Made by a program: the position numbers and the translations under genes. The notes beneath the pieces are model-generated. The model did no database searches. It worked only from the letters and a program-made list of their open reading frames with translations, and was not told the DNA's origin. A stretch of 63,344 nucleotides of DNA, counting the filler, from Octopus bimaculoides (lineage: Eukaryota), in the NCBI RefSeq assembly GCF_001194135.2. It is 4 parts of 4 records of this genome, joined end to end, with 100 filler letters (N's around TTAATTAATTAA, not from the genome) between each part and the next. Parts side by side here need not be neighbours in the genome. Positions count along the whole stretch, not along the records: positions 22,442 to 45,887 come from NC_069007.1; positions 45,988 to 55,220 come from NC_068984.1; 2 more parts are not named here. The stretch is one strand, 5' to 3'. Positions 38,065-52,030 of this stretch are shown here, one piece after another (the stretch's first letter is position 1; every line of letters starts with the position of its first letter).

Positions 38065-39719
38065 GATTCCTATGATTGCATAGTTGTTATTTCAATTATT
38101 TTTTATTTTTTTATTTTTGTCATTTTTGTCACATGTCAGTCTGTGATTTGCAGAATTTTGAATGTGTAATAACAGTCTCGTAGGTAACGATCTGGCAGAA
38201 TGTTCGTGGCGTTGGACAAAATGATTTAAGCTATGTTCTAGGAATTTTTATGTCTACTATTTTCGAGCTAAACTTTGAGTCAAATTTGACTTAAATTAAA
38301 TTTCTCCTTGAACGTGACGTCGGTGTCTCTCAGTGTTAACCTCCCAGCAATTGCTGGGACTTATATACATCTGATATTACTGGAGCCACGTGGTGTGAAG
38401 TGTTTTGCTGAAGACAACAAAACTGCGTCTCCCCTCAAAATTGAAACGTCAACACTGGAAAGAAGAAGATGCTGGGATTTAATTCTTAGCACCTGAAAAA
38501 CTATTAAAAGTTTGTGGGTTCTCATATTTGTTCATGATTATCATTAACCTGTTCTTATGACAATCATGCACAACTATGAGTACCTACAAGTAGAAAAATT
38601 TGAAACACCTATCGTGTATCTGAACGAGAGAGTTCTGCCTAACGCTCGAGGTCGTTTTACTTTAGAGCTCAAAATGCCTAATTTTTACAATTTTTATCAA
38701 ATGTTCTAGAAATTTCGTTTTTCTACAAATTTCTTTCACAGGTATGGCTTTATATGTTACGTTCCAGCTGACACTGATTAATCGAATTTTATTATTTAGG
38801 CATTCACGCTTTCCGCAACTATACGGATCTTCGGCTAAATGATAGAGAAAAAGCAAACAAAACAACGACCACACAGAAGAACAATGACGGACGTATTTAC
38901 ATAGACATTGCAACTGCTAACAAGAGCAGTCAAATCTCTGTGAAATTGAACCGCAATATTAATGTTGGCACTTGAAACTACCGTAAATTAAACTATAATG
39001 TGAATGAAATACATAAACTCTATAGCAATTACCTTTCAATCAAATTCGTAAATGCCTTTTTTTCTCTTTTTGTTGATTTCTTTATCGGAAACATGCAGTT
39101 TTAGCTCAGAACGGCCAGGCTATTCGAAATATCAGTGTCTGATGATCCTCCAGCATTTTCATTTAAAGCCAGTTTTTTAACGCAGTAGACTATTTCAGAT
39201 TTTTTCTCTGAAAAAGATATTAGGTTTATAAATAATATAATAATTTATAAACGTCACTTCAATATTTATAAATAATAAATTTCAAAGAGATATCGCTTTG
39301 AGATGTTACTCTAAAACAAAATACTATATCAATTATGCCGTTCAATATTTGTAAACAAACGAAAAATCCTTTATATACCCGTATGTTGAGCCGTTTAAAT
39401 TTTAAAGAAAAGACTATGATATCGATTAACCTTTTTTTTAGATATATTATGTTAGAATAATAGGCATCATTTCGAAAACTGAGAATGAACCTCATGGCAA
39501 TTCTTCTGTAACATGGTATATCTGGCTGCAGACCTTAACAGTGTAAATTATCTCGGTGGATTCTGGTGGGCTACAAAATATAGAAGAAAATTAACCTACT
39601 ATTAGCCTTTAATTTTCTTGTAGTGGCTAATAACCTTCACCAAATTTGCTGTATTATAAATATCATCATCATCACTGTTATTGTTGTATTCACCGTGGCC
39701 ATTGACATCTTAGTTACTG

Positions 39720-39923
39720 CTTTGGGTGATGGTAATCATGATGATGATAATGATGATGATGATGAGGAGGGGTGGAGGACGTGGAGTATGATGGTAGTGG
39801 TGGTGGTGTTGACAGTGGTGGTTGTGGTTTTAATTGCGGTGTTGGTATTGGTTGTGCAGCTGCTACTACTGCTGAATATCGGGAGGTTGATGACGACGAC
39901 GATAACGAGGATGGCGATATGAA

Positions 39924-39965
<42 letters not shown>

Positions 39966-40020
39966 GATGATAATGATGATGATGATGATGATGATAGTAA
40001 CGATGAAGATGAACATGATA
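39720..40020. repeat. (GAT)n/(GGT)n low-complexity tract
   Basis: Direct tandem runs. Confidence 0.85.
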
Positions 40021-41173
40021 ATAGAGACGACAGCGATGTCGATGACAACGTCGAGTATGGTGGAGATAATATTGCCGATGGTGATGATGATGATTGTGAG
40101 AACAATGTCTTCCCTATTGTTATTTTGTTTTTACAAAAAAAAAAAAAAAAAGTCTACGGCAGTAACAAGAAAAGTTCTTTCAGAAATCGAAGTGAATGGT
40201 TTGTTATACAAAAACTACGCGTTCAAATCGATCCGGTGAGTTGTTTGTTCGTTGTATTGCAATTTTTCATTCTAAAATTGTCAATCAGGATCGAAGGGAT
40301 GTTCAATAAGGCAATTTGTCGCCTCATGATAATTTGACGTTTTTTCATTGTCAATATGATATTCCCTGTGTTGTAGGTTTGTTGCTGTTCTTGAAGTTGT
40401 TGTACTTACCACAAGTCCATACTTAAACTCAGCAAAACATATGATGAAATGAATTCGGGACATGGTTGTGCGTTATCTTGTCCCTCTTAGATAGATAGAT
40501 ATAGATATATATATATATATACCTATACATATATACATTTATAAATATGTATATGTGTATTTATATANNNNNNNNNNNNNNNNNNNNNNNNNNNNNNNNN
40601 NNNNNNNNNNNNNNNNNNNNNNNNNNNNNNNNNNNNNNNNNNNNNNNNNNNNNNNNNNNNNNNNNNNNNNNNNNNNNNNNNNNNNNNNNNNNNNNNNNNN
40701 NNNNNNNNNNNNNNNNNNNNNNNNNNNNNNNNNNNNNNNNNNNNNNNNNNNNNNNNNNNNNNNNNNNNNNNNNNNNNNNNNNNNNNNNNNNNNNNNNNNN
40801 NNNNNNNNNNNNNNNNNNNNNNNNNNNNNNNNNNNNNNNNNNNNNNNNNNNNNNNNNNNNNNNNNNNNNNNNNNNNNNNNNNNNNNNNNNNNNNNNNNNN
40901 NNNNNNNNNNNNNNNNNNNNNNNNNNNNNNNNNNNNNNNNNNNNNNNNNNNNNNNNNNNNNNNNNNNNNNNNNNNNNNNNNNNNNNNNNNNNNNNNNNAA
41001 AAAATGAACCCTGCCGCATTCCGCGTCTCTAAGAAACTAACAGGGTTTAATGAGAATTTTGTTATTTGTAAAATTCTTGTGACGCAATAGAACATAATTG
41101 TTTTCCTGCTTATTGCTCTTGGCATTGCTATATTTTTTTCTTTGTGTGTGTGTGTGTATGTATGTGTGTGTGT

Positions 41174-41209
<36 letters not shown>

Positions 41210-41669
41210 GTGTGCGCGCGTCTTTTTAACCCCAGATTAACACGACTAATGAAGTCTAACATTCGATGATGTCTGCGACTTCGACCTGAAGGATTAGTCG
41301 TGTAAATCCACCGGTATATTCGATTAATTCTTTATTTCATCGGTATTAAAAGACAAATAAAAGACAAACTAGAGCGCCGCAGGATTTGATCTCAGTACTT
41401 AAAAGCGTGGTAACTCATGTTCCGAAGTGAATTTTCTGACGCTTCAACGATTCTGTTAAACTACTGCCCTAAGATCGTAAAGAACCGCAAGTAATACCCC
41501 AAGGCATTCCAACTGAGACCACCTTGTCCTTGTAGAGTTTTCTATGACAACAAGTTATTGTTCTCTTCGCTGCATTTAACACAGAGATCGGTTTTTTTTT
41601 GGTCACTTAAGCTAAGGCATGGCGTGTAGTTAAGGCGCTTGACTTGTAGCTATGCTTAGGCGCAGTCGT

Positions 41670-42335
41670 CACTGAGGGGTACAAAGCTTGCTTCCCAACA
41701 ACATGATTCCAGTTTCAGTCCCACTGCGTGGCACCTTGGGCAAGTGTCTTTTACTATAGCCTCTGGCCAACCAAAAACCATGTGAGTGGAGTTGGTAGAC
41801 GGAAACTGAAAGAAGCCTGTCGTATATATATATATATATATATATATNNNNNNNNNNNNNNNNNNNNNNNNNNNNNNNNNNNNNNNNNNNNNNNNNNNNN
41901 NNNNNNNNNNNNNNNNNNNNNNNNNNNNNNNNNNNNNNNGTGTAATATAGCGATTCGGCAAAAGAGATCGATAGAATAAGTACGACGCTTACAAGGAATA
42001 AGTCCTGGAGCAGGTGTATTCTACTATAGCCTCGGGCCGACCAAATCCTTGTGAGTGGATTTGGCAGACGGAAACTGAAAGAAGCCCGTCGTATATATGT
42101 ATATGTATATATATCTGTGTGTGTTTGTGTGTCTGTGTTTGTCCCCCCACCAACATTGCTTGACAAACGATGCTGCTGTGTTTACGTCGCCGTAACTTAG
42201 CGGTTCGGTAAAAGCGACCGATAAAGTAAGTACTAGGCTTGCAAAGAATAAGTCCTGGGTTCGATCTAAAGGCGGTGCTCCAGCCTGGTCACAGTCAAAT
42301 GATTGAAACAAGTAAAAGAGTAAAGAGTAAAGAGT
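41670..42335 (+). mobile_element. Two SINE family A copies in tandem (first broken by a gap, second 5'-truncated at about 42012)
   Basis: Family A body twice; tail ends CAAGTAAAAGAGTAAAGAGTAAAGAG. Confidence 0.85.
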
Positions 42336-42899
42336 ATATGTGTATGTATGTATATATATATATATATAAAAGTAGTCAGTTGCCAAGGTGCTCTGTTCGC
42401 AGCGCCAGCTTTTAAACACACACCTGTCTCTTTAGAAAGTAACGTAAAATACCCAATGCGTGGCGCAGAGGGACTCAACCTGGAACCACATGGTCGCAAA
42501 TCGATCTTTTTAACAACACAGCTACACTTAGGCTTAAAAATGTTAAAACAAAATTAAACAGAATACCTTGCCATAACGTCAATTTATTTTGATTACATGT
42601 AGTACGACGTATTAAATATTAAAATGTCTTTTAAAATGCTGATCAAGTTACAAGTCGATGCCGGTTTAGCTGTCTGTAGGCCAGCTCTGTTTAATAATAA
42701 TAATTAACGTTTCTCCACTCCGTACATTAAGTATCTTTATTTACCCTTTGGCGTATTTTTAAAAAAACAATTGTGCTTTAAATACATGATGACATGTAAC
42801 AATTAAAATGGATTTCAGTCGATTTCGACGATGAATATGCTCTTGTTCGATCAATTGCGCTACATGTTTACGGGATAAGAATGCAAATATTTTCTTCTT

Positions 42900-43315
42900 A
42901 ATTTTGCATGTTTCAGTCATAAGACTACGGCCATGCTGGAGCACCGCCTTGAAGAATTTTAGTCGAAACATTCGTCCCCAGAAATTTATATTCTTTTTTA
43001 AAGACCTGTGCTTAATCTATTGTTCTCTTTAGACGAACCGCTTAGCTACAGGGACGTGAATACACCAACACCAGTCGATAAAAGGTGGTGAAGGGGCCAA
43101 ACACAGAGAAAAAACACTCATTCACATAAATATATACACATGTATATGTATATATATGTATATATACATAGACGCGAGGTTTCTGTCAGTTTCCGTCTAC
43201 CAAAATCTACTCACATGCATTGGTCGGCCCGAGGCTATATTAAAACGCATTCGCCCAGTAGGACTGAACCCGTAATCACGTTGTTGGGAAGCGGCCACAC
43301 AATCACGCCTACGTG
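42900..43315 (-). mobile_element. Near full-length diverged SINE family A
   Basis: GTTTCAGTCAT..GACT.CGGCCATGCTGGAGCACCGCC (tail) through TTCCGTCTACCAAA...GGTCGGCCCGAGGCTATA...GGACTGAACCC (head) on the minus strand. Confidence 0.8.
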
Positions 43316-45271
43316 TTTTTAAATAGTTTGATATTCTATAAACAGTTATACCCTGATTTTATTAGAAGGTGTATTCACGATAACAGAATATAATAAGAGT
43401 GGGCCTTTGAAATGTAACTAAAATCTATAGGACATTCTTTTACTTAATTCCGGTGTAACCAACTTCGCTCACAAGGTTCGGAATAACACGAGTCTATAGC
43501 AAAAATACCGAAAATGTTACTCATCGGAATCAAACCAACGATTTCACAATTCTGTAGTGACTGTTGTAACCCTTTGGCCATGTCTTCTACATCTCTGCAT
43601 ATTTACATTACTGATATCTAACCATTAGTTGTCCTGGTACGCTAAAGGTTATGTTTGACAACATATTTGGGAATAATACTGAAGCATAGCTGACATATTT
43701 CTGTACTTGCCAAAACAATGTCATCAATATTTGTAATTGATTAATACGCTTTTTCCTCATGGTTAATCATTTAAATACGTTAGCATTAACTTCTCGATAG
43801 ACTCCCCGGCACATGAATACATTCGGATGGGCACACATACCATATATACACGTTTGTACTTACTAGGATACACTGACGCAACAAATAAGAGTTGGTACTC
43901 AGAAATGAAAATTTACTTACTGTAAAAATTTATTTGAATATTTACATATATAAAGACGTCATAAAATAAAATATTGGATTATTAGCAAAAAGATGCAACG
44001 AAGCAACACACGTTTGCACGCACCACTTTGAGATGCTATGAGGAGCATTAACAGTTGCACATACTTGCATAATTCACTTGTAAAACACGCTGCTGAGCAG
44101 ACCATATATAGTATTTGCTTCATAATGAAATCACAAAACATGATATGAACGCTTTCATGAATATATAGTGAGAGATGGCTCTAGTGATGAGACTAATTTC
44201 TACTTGGCCTGTCTGAGAATAGAGTCATATAAACATAACAAGTAAAAATGCAAACAGAAACGCGAATAAACACAGAAAAGGAAAGGCAAAAGCAGTGTTG
44301 GGAATGCACTAAGATGATAGTATAACAACTTATTAATGTAAATTAATATTAATTAGGTGTCAATATACGAATATATATATATATATATATATATANNNNN
44401 NNNNNNNNNNNNNNNNNNNNNNNNNNNNNNNNNNNNNNNNNNNNNNNNNNNNNNNNNNNNNNNNNNNNNNNNNNNNNNNNNNNNNNNNNNNNNNNNNNNN
44501 NNNNNNNNNNNNNNNNNNNNNNNNNNNNNNNNNNNNNNNNNNNNNNNNNNNNNNNNNNNNNNNNNNNNNNNNNNNNNNNNNNNNNNNNNNNNNNNNNNNN
44601 NNNNNNNNNNNNNNNNNNNNNNNNNNNNNNNNNNNNNNNNNNNNNNNNNNNNNNNNNNNNNNNNNNNNNNNNNNNNNNNNNNNNNNNNNNNNNNNNNNNN
44701 NNNNNNNNNNNNNNNNNNNNNNNNNNNNNNNNNNNNNNNNNNNNNNNNNNNNNNNNNNNNNNNNNNNNNNNNNNNNNNNNNNNNNNNNNNNNNNNNNNNN
44801 NNNNNNNNNNNNNNNNNNNNNNNNNNNNNNNNNNNNNNNNNNNNNNNNNNNNNNNNNNNNNNNNNNNNNNNNNNNNNNNNNNNNNNNNNNNNNNNNNNNN
44901 NNNNNNNNNNNNNNNNNNNNNNNNNNNNNNNNNNNNNNNNNNNNNNNNNNNNNNNNNNNNNNNNNNNNNNNNNNNNNNNNNNNNNNNNNNNNNNNNNNNN
45001 NNNNNNNNNNNNNNNNNNNNNNNNNNNNNNNNNNNNNNNNNNNNNNNNNNNNNNNNNNNNNNNNNNNNNNNNNNNNNNNNNNNNNNNNNNNNNNNNNNAG
45101 TAATGGAGATTAATATTTAATATATATTAAATGTTACTGACATCTACTTTAAAGATTAAAACAAAATTCTCATCAATCGATAATAATAATTCCAAATTAT
45201 GAAATCCCATTTTCCTCATCATCAACTCCCATACACAATCTGAAAGAAAATATTATTTCCGAATAATTTAA

Positions 45272-45325
<54 letters not shown>

Positions 45326-45844
45326 AAGACTTGTAGTTTGCTTGAAGCACTTTAATATAGCAGAAGATAAAAAGACAGAAAACAGAAAGCTTCTGACAAT
45401 GCAGACATTTTTATGAAGCCTTTATATTTCAGGCGCAAACGCCCCTGTTCAATAGAAAATCACAGTCTTGAGAAAAATCCAGTTAGATAGTTAAGTCCAC
45501 TTATACCTACGTAAGTAGGTTTTTCTCAAGATTGTTCACTTCTTCTGGAGATGTGCCTTTGCGTCTGAAGTATAAAGGTTGTATAAAGCTTTCCGATTGT
45601 CAGAAGCTTTTATTTTCTCCATTTTTGACTTCTTCGAAACAAACACAACACACACACATACATAGACACATACACACATAAACACACACACATACACACA
45701 CATACACACACACAAACACACGCGCATATACATATTTACGTCCCTCAGGTAGACTTCATTTGCTTTCTCCAAATAGTATTTGAAGCCCATATTTAAATGG
45801 TATCGATTATAGCCGTATCTACTTCGTCTTCACCTTGTAAAAAC

Positions 45845-45887
<43 letters not shown>

Positions 45888-45987
45888 NNNNNNNNNNNNN
45901 NNNNNNNNNNNNNNNNNNNNNNNNNNNNNNNTTAATTAATTAANNNNNNNNNNNNNNNNNNNNNNNNNNNNNNNNNNNNNNNNNNNN
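45888..45987. other. Artificial scaffold-join spacer
   Basis: 44 N + TTAATTAATTAA (45932-45943) + 44 N. Confidence 0.95.
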
Positions 45988-46034
<47 letters not shown>

Positions 46035-48974
46035 ATACATACACATACACACACAAATATGACTTACGAGTTCAGCACCTGACTATTTTATTCTACAAAC
46101 AGAAATCAACCGTTATGAAAAATCTGCGAACTATAACACCTTAAGATCAAATACAAAGTGGTGTGTACGATCAAATGCACAGGTGGTGTGTATATTCAAA
46201 TTTTCAGACGGTGTATAAAGTTCTAATATATAAACGGTGTGTATATTATATGTAAGCTCATATACATAGGTGGCACGTACGTATGGGAAGAAGGAAAAAG
46301 AGAATGTCTGTGATGTATGTTTTCGTAAATATTGCCTTCTATCTTAGACAAAGAAACAGATGTTACAGAAGAACATGAAATAGGTTAAAGTGATTATTGT
46401 AAAATGAACAGAAGGCAGAAATTACAAATAAATCAATTGACTGTCATTATCAAACATTATAGTTCTATGTCTGGCATTTTGGCATCACTGGAAAAAAAAT
46501 ATATATCGAAACAATAGCGACAGTATACGCGTAATTGTGGATATTTCTTTTTTTAATATAAAACAGGCGTTATATGTCTTCTCATTCTCCTACGAAAATA
46601 ATCAGTTTTGCAGCCCACTTGGCTTCCGAGAAAGAAAATGCAGCATCGTTGATATAATAAAGTTACAAAGATTTTGTTTTAGGCAAACAATTCAGATGGT
46701 TCAGGTAATTTTGCTACACTGATTTCAAATCTGGATTTAGAATGTTTCGACCATGTTCTGATTTTGTGAAATTAAATTCTGGTTATTTTGTGTTTACTTT
46801 AAAATCATTAGTGTCGTGGTCAGTTACATATTCTTCGTTGGCTCTGCACAATGTGATGTAGGCTCTGTGTATAAACACTAAAGTTTAATCAAGTTTTGAG
46901 ATATTTTATTAACCTGTGTAATTTATATTTACAAACGTACACCCAATAGATTAATGGGACAACGTTCAACGAATATAACGATTAGGAATCTTCTGTATAT
47001 AACTTGCAGGATAATATTATGAAAGAAGTGTAAGGAATTTCAATCAACTGCATACAGTTAATGTATTATTCGACATAACAAATTAAAGTGGTCACCTTTC
47101 GTCGAGTACGACATAAGCATGTTACTTAAAAATGAAACAGATGGAGAGGCAAGTGACATAGATTCCCCTGGAGACAAGTGGCTCTCTGATTTGCGGTTGA
47201 ATTTACCGGCTTTTTATAGCTGGTAATCATCCTTCCAGAATCTTCAGCCACTCTTTTGGGCGGGAAAAACTCACACACTTCCTTTATAGTTTTTGTCTCA
47301 GCCATAGTAAGTCAGCTGGTATTGATTGGTTGAACCATATTTACATAGGCGCTAATATTTTTTTAAGGTGACGATTTTCCTTTTATGAAGACGCATTAGT
47401 TCGTAGTTCTAGACAGTGAAATTACATTTCTTTAACTCAAGTCTCAGCTGAAGTTTCACCACATATCGATATATAGTTTTGCTTCGTTTCATAAGACGAA
47501 GCAGACATATCTCGAAACATCTTAATTACTTTTCTTCATCTTGTGTAACAATCGGAATGTCATTAAACAGATGTACCTAAGTAAATCACCTAAATAAATT
47601 CTGTTGTCTGGCAACAACATACACCTGCCCATGCAATAGCGAATGAACAACGACTTTATCAAGGATGGAACTTGACTGCAAATACTATTTTGGTTGTAAG
47701 AAAAGAGTCCAAGAGATGGGCTGGATACCAATTATTTCTTGTACACAATTCAACCAAGCTGTTACACATTCTTGTACATAGTGTTAACACTACCTTGTAC
47801 ACAGTGCTAGGTAGTGTTAACAACTTGGTTGAATGATAAAAGAAAAGCTATGGTATATGCAGTCCTCATGATTAGATGTAAGCCCACAGATTACTATAAT
47901 AATAACTATTATTTTCGGTTGACAGAGATAGCAGGCTTTTTATAAAAGAAAGAAAGAAAGAAATCAAATATCAACTCGTTAAAATGCTAATCAGCATTAA
48001 AACCAGTACCATAAGAGGAAGTAAACCCATCTCTAGTTCTTCTCACAACGATCAGACAACAGTTTTTTGGAAAATTCAAACAATGTTATGGAAACAGAAG
48101 GAAAGACAGCCCATGTGTTCTAGATGTAGCTATTTCCCCACATCTGCTAACAGAATCAAACTTGATGCGGGAATATGGCATTATCAAAAAAGTAAATGCA
48201 GAGTTGTTTTGTTTCAGACTTAAAGAGACTCTTCTTCAGTCAAACTCCATTCTTTCCTATTTTTGTCAGCGTTATATGGAGTATTCATTATTTTATAAGA
48301 GAGACATGTTTGTTTCTGCAGTGTTATTCGAGGGTTTTGATAAGAGATTAGACGTAATATTTCTCCCGAAGAGAGGAGACATTTCATTAACTTTAATAAA
48401 GTGAGTTTTAACGTTGTTCTGTGACCCAATATCAAAGTGAATTCTCTAATATTTGTGGCATATGCTCCTATTATTATTTAAGCTTTACTAACATGAAACA
48501 CGCCATAGAAAAGTAGTGTAGTCCGCTTACGCAATAGAAGCCAAGCAGAAAAAAAAGTTGAAATCTTGTTTGTCATCTGTTATCCCAAAATAATGATTAT
48601 TTTTAATAAATATTCATTCTAACATTTGATACGAGGCCACAAACGGTATTGATCGAAAATTATTTAAACCGATCCTGGAAACTGATTTCGTCAAAATTTG
48701 AACTCAGGACGTTGATACAACAAGGTGTTTTGTTCGGTCATCTGTTGATTCGTCCTTTATGACCTACGTACAATGACCAAATAAGAGCAGAATTGCCAAA
48801 TGGTCAAGAAGTTCGCTTTACCACTACGAGGTTTCGAGTTCGATCCTATTGTGAGACATCTGGGGCAAATATCATTTTCTATAACCTCGGGTAGATCTAT
48901 AACTTCTTAATGAAATTGTGTTGATTGAAACTGTACAGGAGTTCATCGGGTAGACAGTATCTGTTATTCAAAAG

Positions 48975-49250
48975 TATAATCTTGTCCCACGCCCGGTATC
49001 ACACTCAACCACTTCAGGATCAGTAATTTCCGTTGATCGAACAACAAAATCCTTATCGTCGAACGACTGAAACCCATCAGCACTACCAACACCACCACAA
49101 TGCCTCAAAATTATATCGAACGTCAGTACTTCACTGCTATTTATTTTATCTGGAAATGATGAAAAGCAATGTCGACTCCAGCAGGATTTGAACTCAGAAA
49201 GTAAATAATTACGGCGCTTTATCAATCATCCGGTAGTTCATAAACTGTCT
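48975..49250 (-). mobile_element. Decayed SINE family B
   Basis: TATTTTATC....GATGAAAAGCAATGTCGACTC..GCAGGATTTGAACTCAGAA matches the family B core and head. Confidence 0.6.
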
Positions 49251-50143
49251 GGAGCTCTATCAGTTAGTCTTTGTTAAATCAAATATTGGCTTCAGCTGCA
49301 GAGAAAATGAAGAAATAAAGAAAACACACTTCAATTTTCCTTTCATTTAATTTAATTTTAGGTTTAGTTGATGCATTTGTATTGCAATTAAACTGATTTG
49401 AACTCTCACTTAGACGAGAGCTGGCAAACATCTCAGAGACTGGGTAAGGAGACAAAAAAGAAAAAAAGTAAGCGAACGAAAATAACACATCTGCTTCCGA
49501 CACATTTTCGACTCACGTTTTGAAGACTTTTCGTTTTAATTTCACTGTTAGAACTCTTGATATCAACAGTTCTTCGTTAATAAATCTAGGTATGTATGTA
49601 TGCTTATGTTGAATAAGCATCCTAATTTCAATATGGCGACTTTTAGCAAACCATTAATGTGGAGGGAATTTGTTAATCAACCAAGTCTACAACTAAGATT
49701 CCTTGTTTCACTATTTCCCTTTTCCTTGGTTCGTGAATGAACCAATGAAAGAAGCCGATGCACGATTGTTTGGTCTGCTAGGATTGGGATCTAAATCATC
49801 CTAAAAAGGATACGTTGGATAATGTAGTCCACCAATATCTGACAATTTACTTGATGAGATGGTCATGGTTGGTGACTCCTTAAGAGAGTTCAAGCCAGTC
49901 GCTAACAAAACGTCTAAACATTTTGAGATAAGAGAGTTCCGGGTGTTTGTAAATATGTCGTTGAGTTAGTGTGTTGTTTGAACAGTCGATGCGCACACTT
50001 GGATGCATGCATCTATTCATTTCAAAAATTTCAGATGGGGGTTTTTGCAAATCTTCTCTGTGCTCCGCTAACAGATTGGATATGGGGAATGTGCGTCAAT
50101 TTCTTTCGCTCTTTTTTTTCGAAAAACCTTGTATTTCTAGTTC

Positions 50144-50177
<34 letters not shown>

Positions 50178-50489
50178 AGGCGTGTGTCTGCGCGCACGCG
50201 TATGTGTTAGTGCGTGTGTGCGTGCGTGCATGTGTGTGTGTGTGTGTGTGCGCGCGCGCGCACGCGTGCGTCTGTGTAAAACTGTACATACATAGCCTAA
50301 CGCTTCACTGACGATAAGTACAAATGAGAATTTTTGTCATGCTACGAACGCTGTAAATTCCGCATTAATTCACCGTAAAAGTCCCCTTTTTCCTAGAATT
50401 TTCAACGCACATCCATTTCTGCTGGACATCTGACCTCTGCAACAGTGCACGAGTTTTGTTCCCTATCCCATAGAACAATGCCAGGTCTG

Positions 50490-51540
50490 TTCTATTTGCA
50501 CCGAATTACTGTTTTTATTGGAGTGTTCCACCAGTGTTCCACCAGTGTTCCACCAGTGTTCCTTGTTTTTAAAGGTGTGAATACGTGCTGGTTCTGACAT
50601 GCCTTTGATAGATACATCAGAGCAACCCTCTCTGCGGATAGCTTTGTAAATATTCTTTGCAACTATATCATGCCTCGGGGGCAGGTAGTATATCGTAGAC
50701 ATTTTGGGGCAGCTACTGATGATGTGGGTGATATCTTCCACATTGGTTTAGCAGAGCCGTCATTTTTTTACCACATTATGGAGTAGTGGGGTATCTTTGT
50801 CTCTCTTGTTTATCAGGTATTTAGTAGCTATCTCCTGTTCCTGGAAGTGGAGACATATCCTTCTAGCTAGATATTTATCACAGGTCCAGGAGAGGCTACT
50901 CATCCTGTCAATGCTGCTGTTATTGTCTAGCATAGGGGTTTTCAAACTTTTTGACTTGCGGACCCCTTTATATTTCAGACTTTACCTTAGGGACCCCCCT
51001 TATAAACGCTTATGAAATTTATACATAAATATTTGCTTAAAATAACATATATTTTTACATTTGTTTATTTAACAGTATTTAACAAATAGGTTTATCGTCA
51101 ATTAAAAGATTTCGATTAAAAACCATATATAAAATCAAATTGCCCATAAAAAGTATTTGCTGTCTACGGACCCCCTGTCTTGTCCTTGCGGACCCCCTGT
51201 GGTAAAGCCTGAAATATAAAGGGGTCCGCAAGTCAAAAAGTTTGAAAACCCCTGCTCTAGCATATGGGATATATCTCTATTCATTGCTTTTTGTTGATAT
51301 ACTGCGTGCTTCTCTTCAAAGCTTCTGTTTAGTAGTTCTTACCCTACTTTGAGGATTTTTCTTTTGAGCATGCACATAATGTAGTCATTTCTTTCTTTAC
51401 TGTTCAGCAGGTGATGTTTGAGCGATACTGTGCGACATTCAAAGGCTGTTTGGACTGACCTTACGCCTTAGCTACTATCTCTTCGACTCACATAGATCCT
51501 GTCGGTGTCGCAGATAATGTGGATGTTACCATTGGTGGTC
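50490..51540 (-). mobile_element. R4/Dong-like RLE LINE fragment (post-RT region plus zinc knuckle), interrupted by a hAT MITE
   Basis: [23 protein letters not shown]...QEQEIATKYL...RLC..NVEDITHIISSCPKMS..YYLP.RHDIVAK...HWWN; the frame continues across the MITE (ISHML|DNNSSIDR). Likely the same family as 11201-11770. Confidence 0.85.
50933..51254. mobile_element. hAT (Charlie-type) MITE, 322 bp
   Basis: 54-bp TIRs (50933-50986 and 51201-51254, 52/54 identical, consensus start CAGGGG); 8-bp TSD gTCTAGCA / cTCTAGCA, close to the NTCTAGAN Charlie preference; subterminal GGACCCC repeats. Confidence 0.95.
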
Positions 51541-51621
51541 ATTATCTTTCTATGTATGTACGTATGTATGTATGTATGTATGTATGTATGTATGTATGTA
51601 TGTATGTATGTATGTATGTAT

Positions 51622-51995
51622 AGGCGCAATGGCCTAGTGGTTAAAGCAGCGGACTCGCGGTCATAGGATCATGGTTTCGATTCCCAGACCGGGCATTGTG
51701 AGTGTTTCTTGAGCGAAAACACCTAAAGCTCCACGAGGCTCCGGCAGGGAATGGTGGCGAACCCTGCTGTACTCTTCCACCACAACTTTCTCTCACTCTT
51801 ACTTCCTGTTGTGTCTGTAATTCAAAGAGTCAGCCTTGTCACACTGTATCACGCTGAATATCCCCGAGAACTACGTTAAGGGTACATGTGTCTGTGGAGT
51901 ACTCAGCCACTTGCACGTTAATTTCACGAGCAGGCTGTTCCGTTGACCGGATCAACTGGAACCCTCGACGTCGTAAGCGACAGAGTGCCAACAAT
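51622..51995 (+). mobile_element. Full-length tRNA-derived SINE, family D, flanked on both sides by (TATG)n
   Basis: A-box-like TGGCCTAGTGG and B-box-like GGTTTCGATTCCC; matches 30716-31112. Confidence 0.9.
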
Positions 51996-52030
51996 GTATG
52001 TATGTATGTATGTATGTATGTATGTATGTA

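Noticed and set aside
40184-40463. Splice-like signals on both strands (a 52-nt plus-strand exon; minus-strand MSRIHFIICFAEFKYGLV|GTAAGT)
   Set aside because: They conflict with each other, have no recognisable product, and are within chance expectation.
46146-46250. About 25-bp periodic GGTGTGTA motif resembling a repeat-spacer array
   Set aside because: The inter-motif sequence is also homologous, so it is a decayed minisatellite; eukaryotic context and no cas genes.
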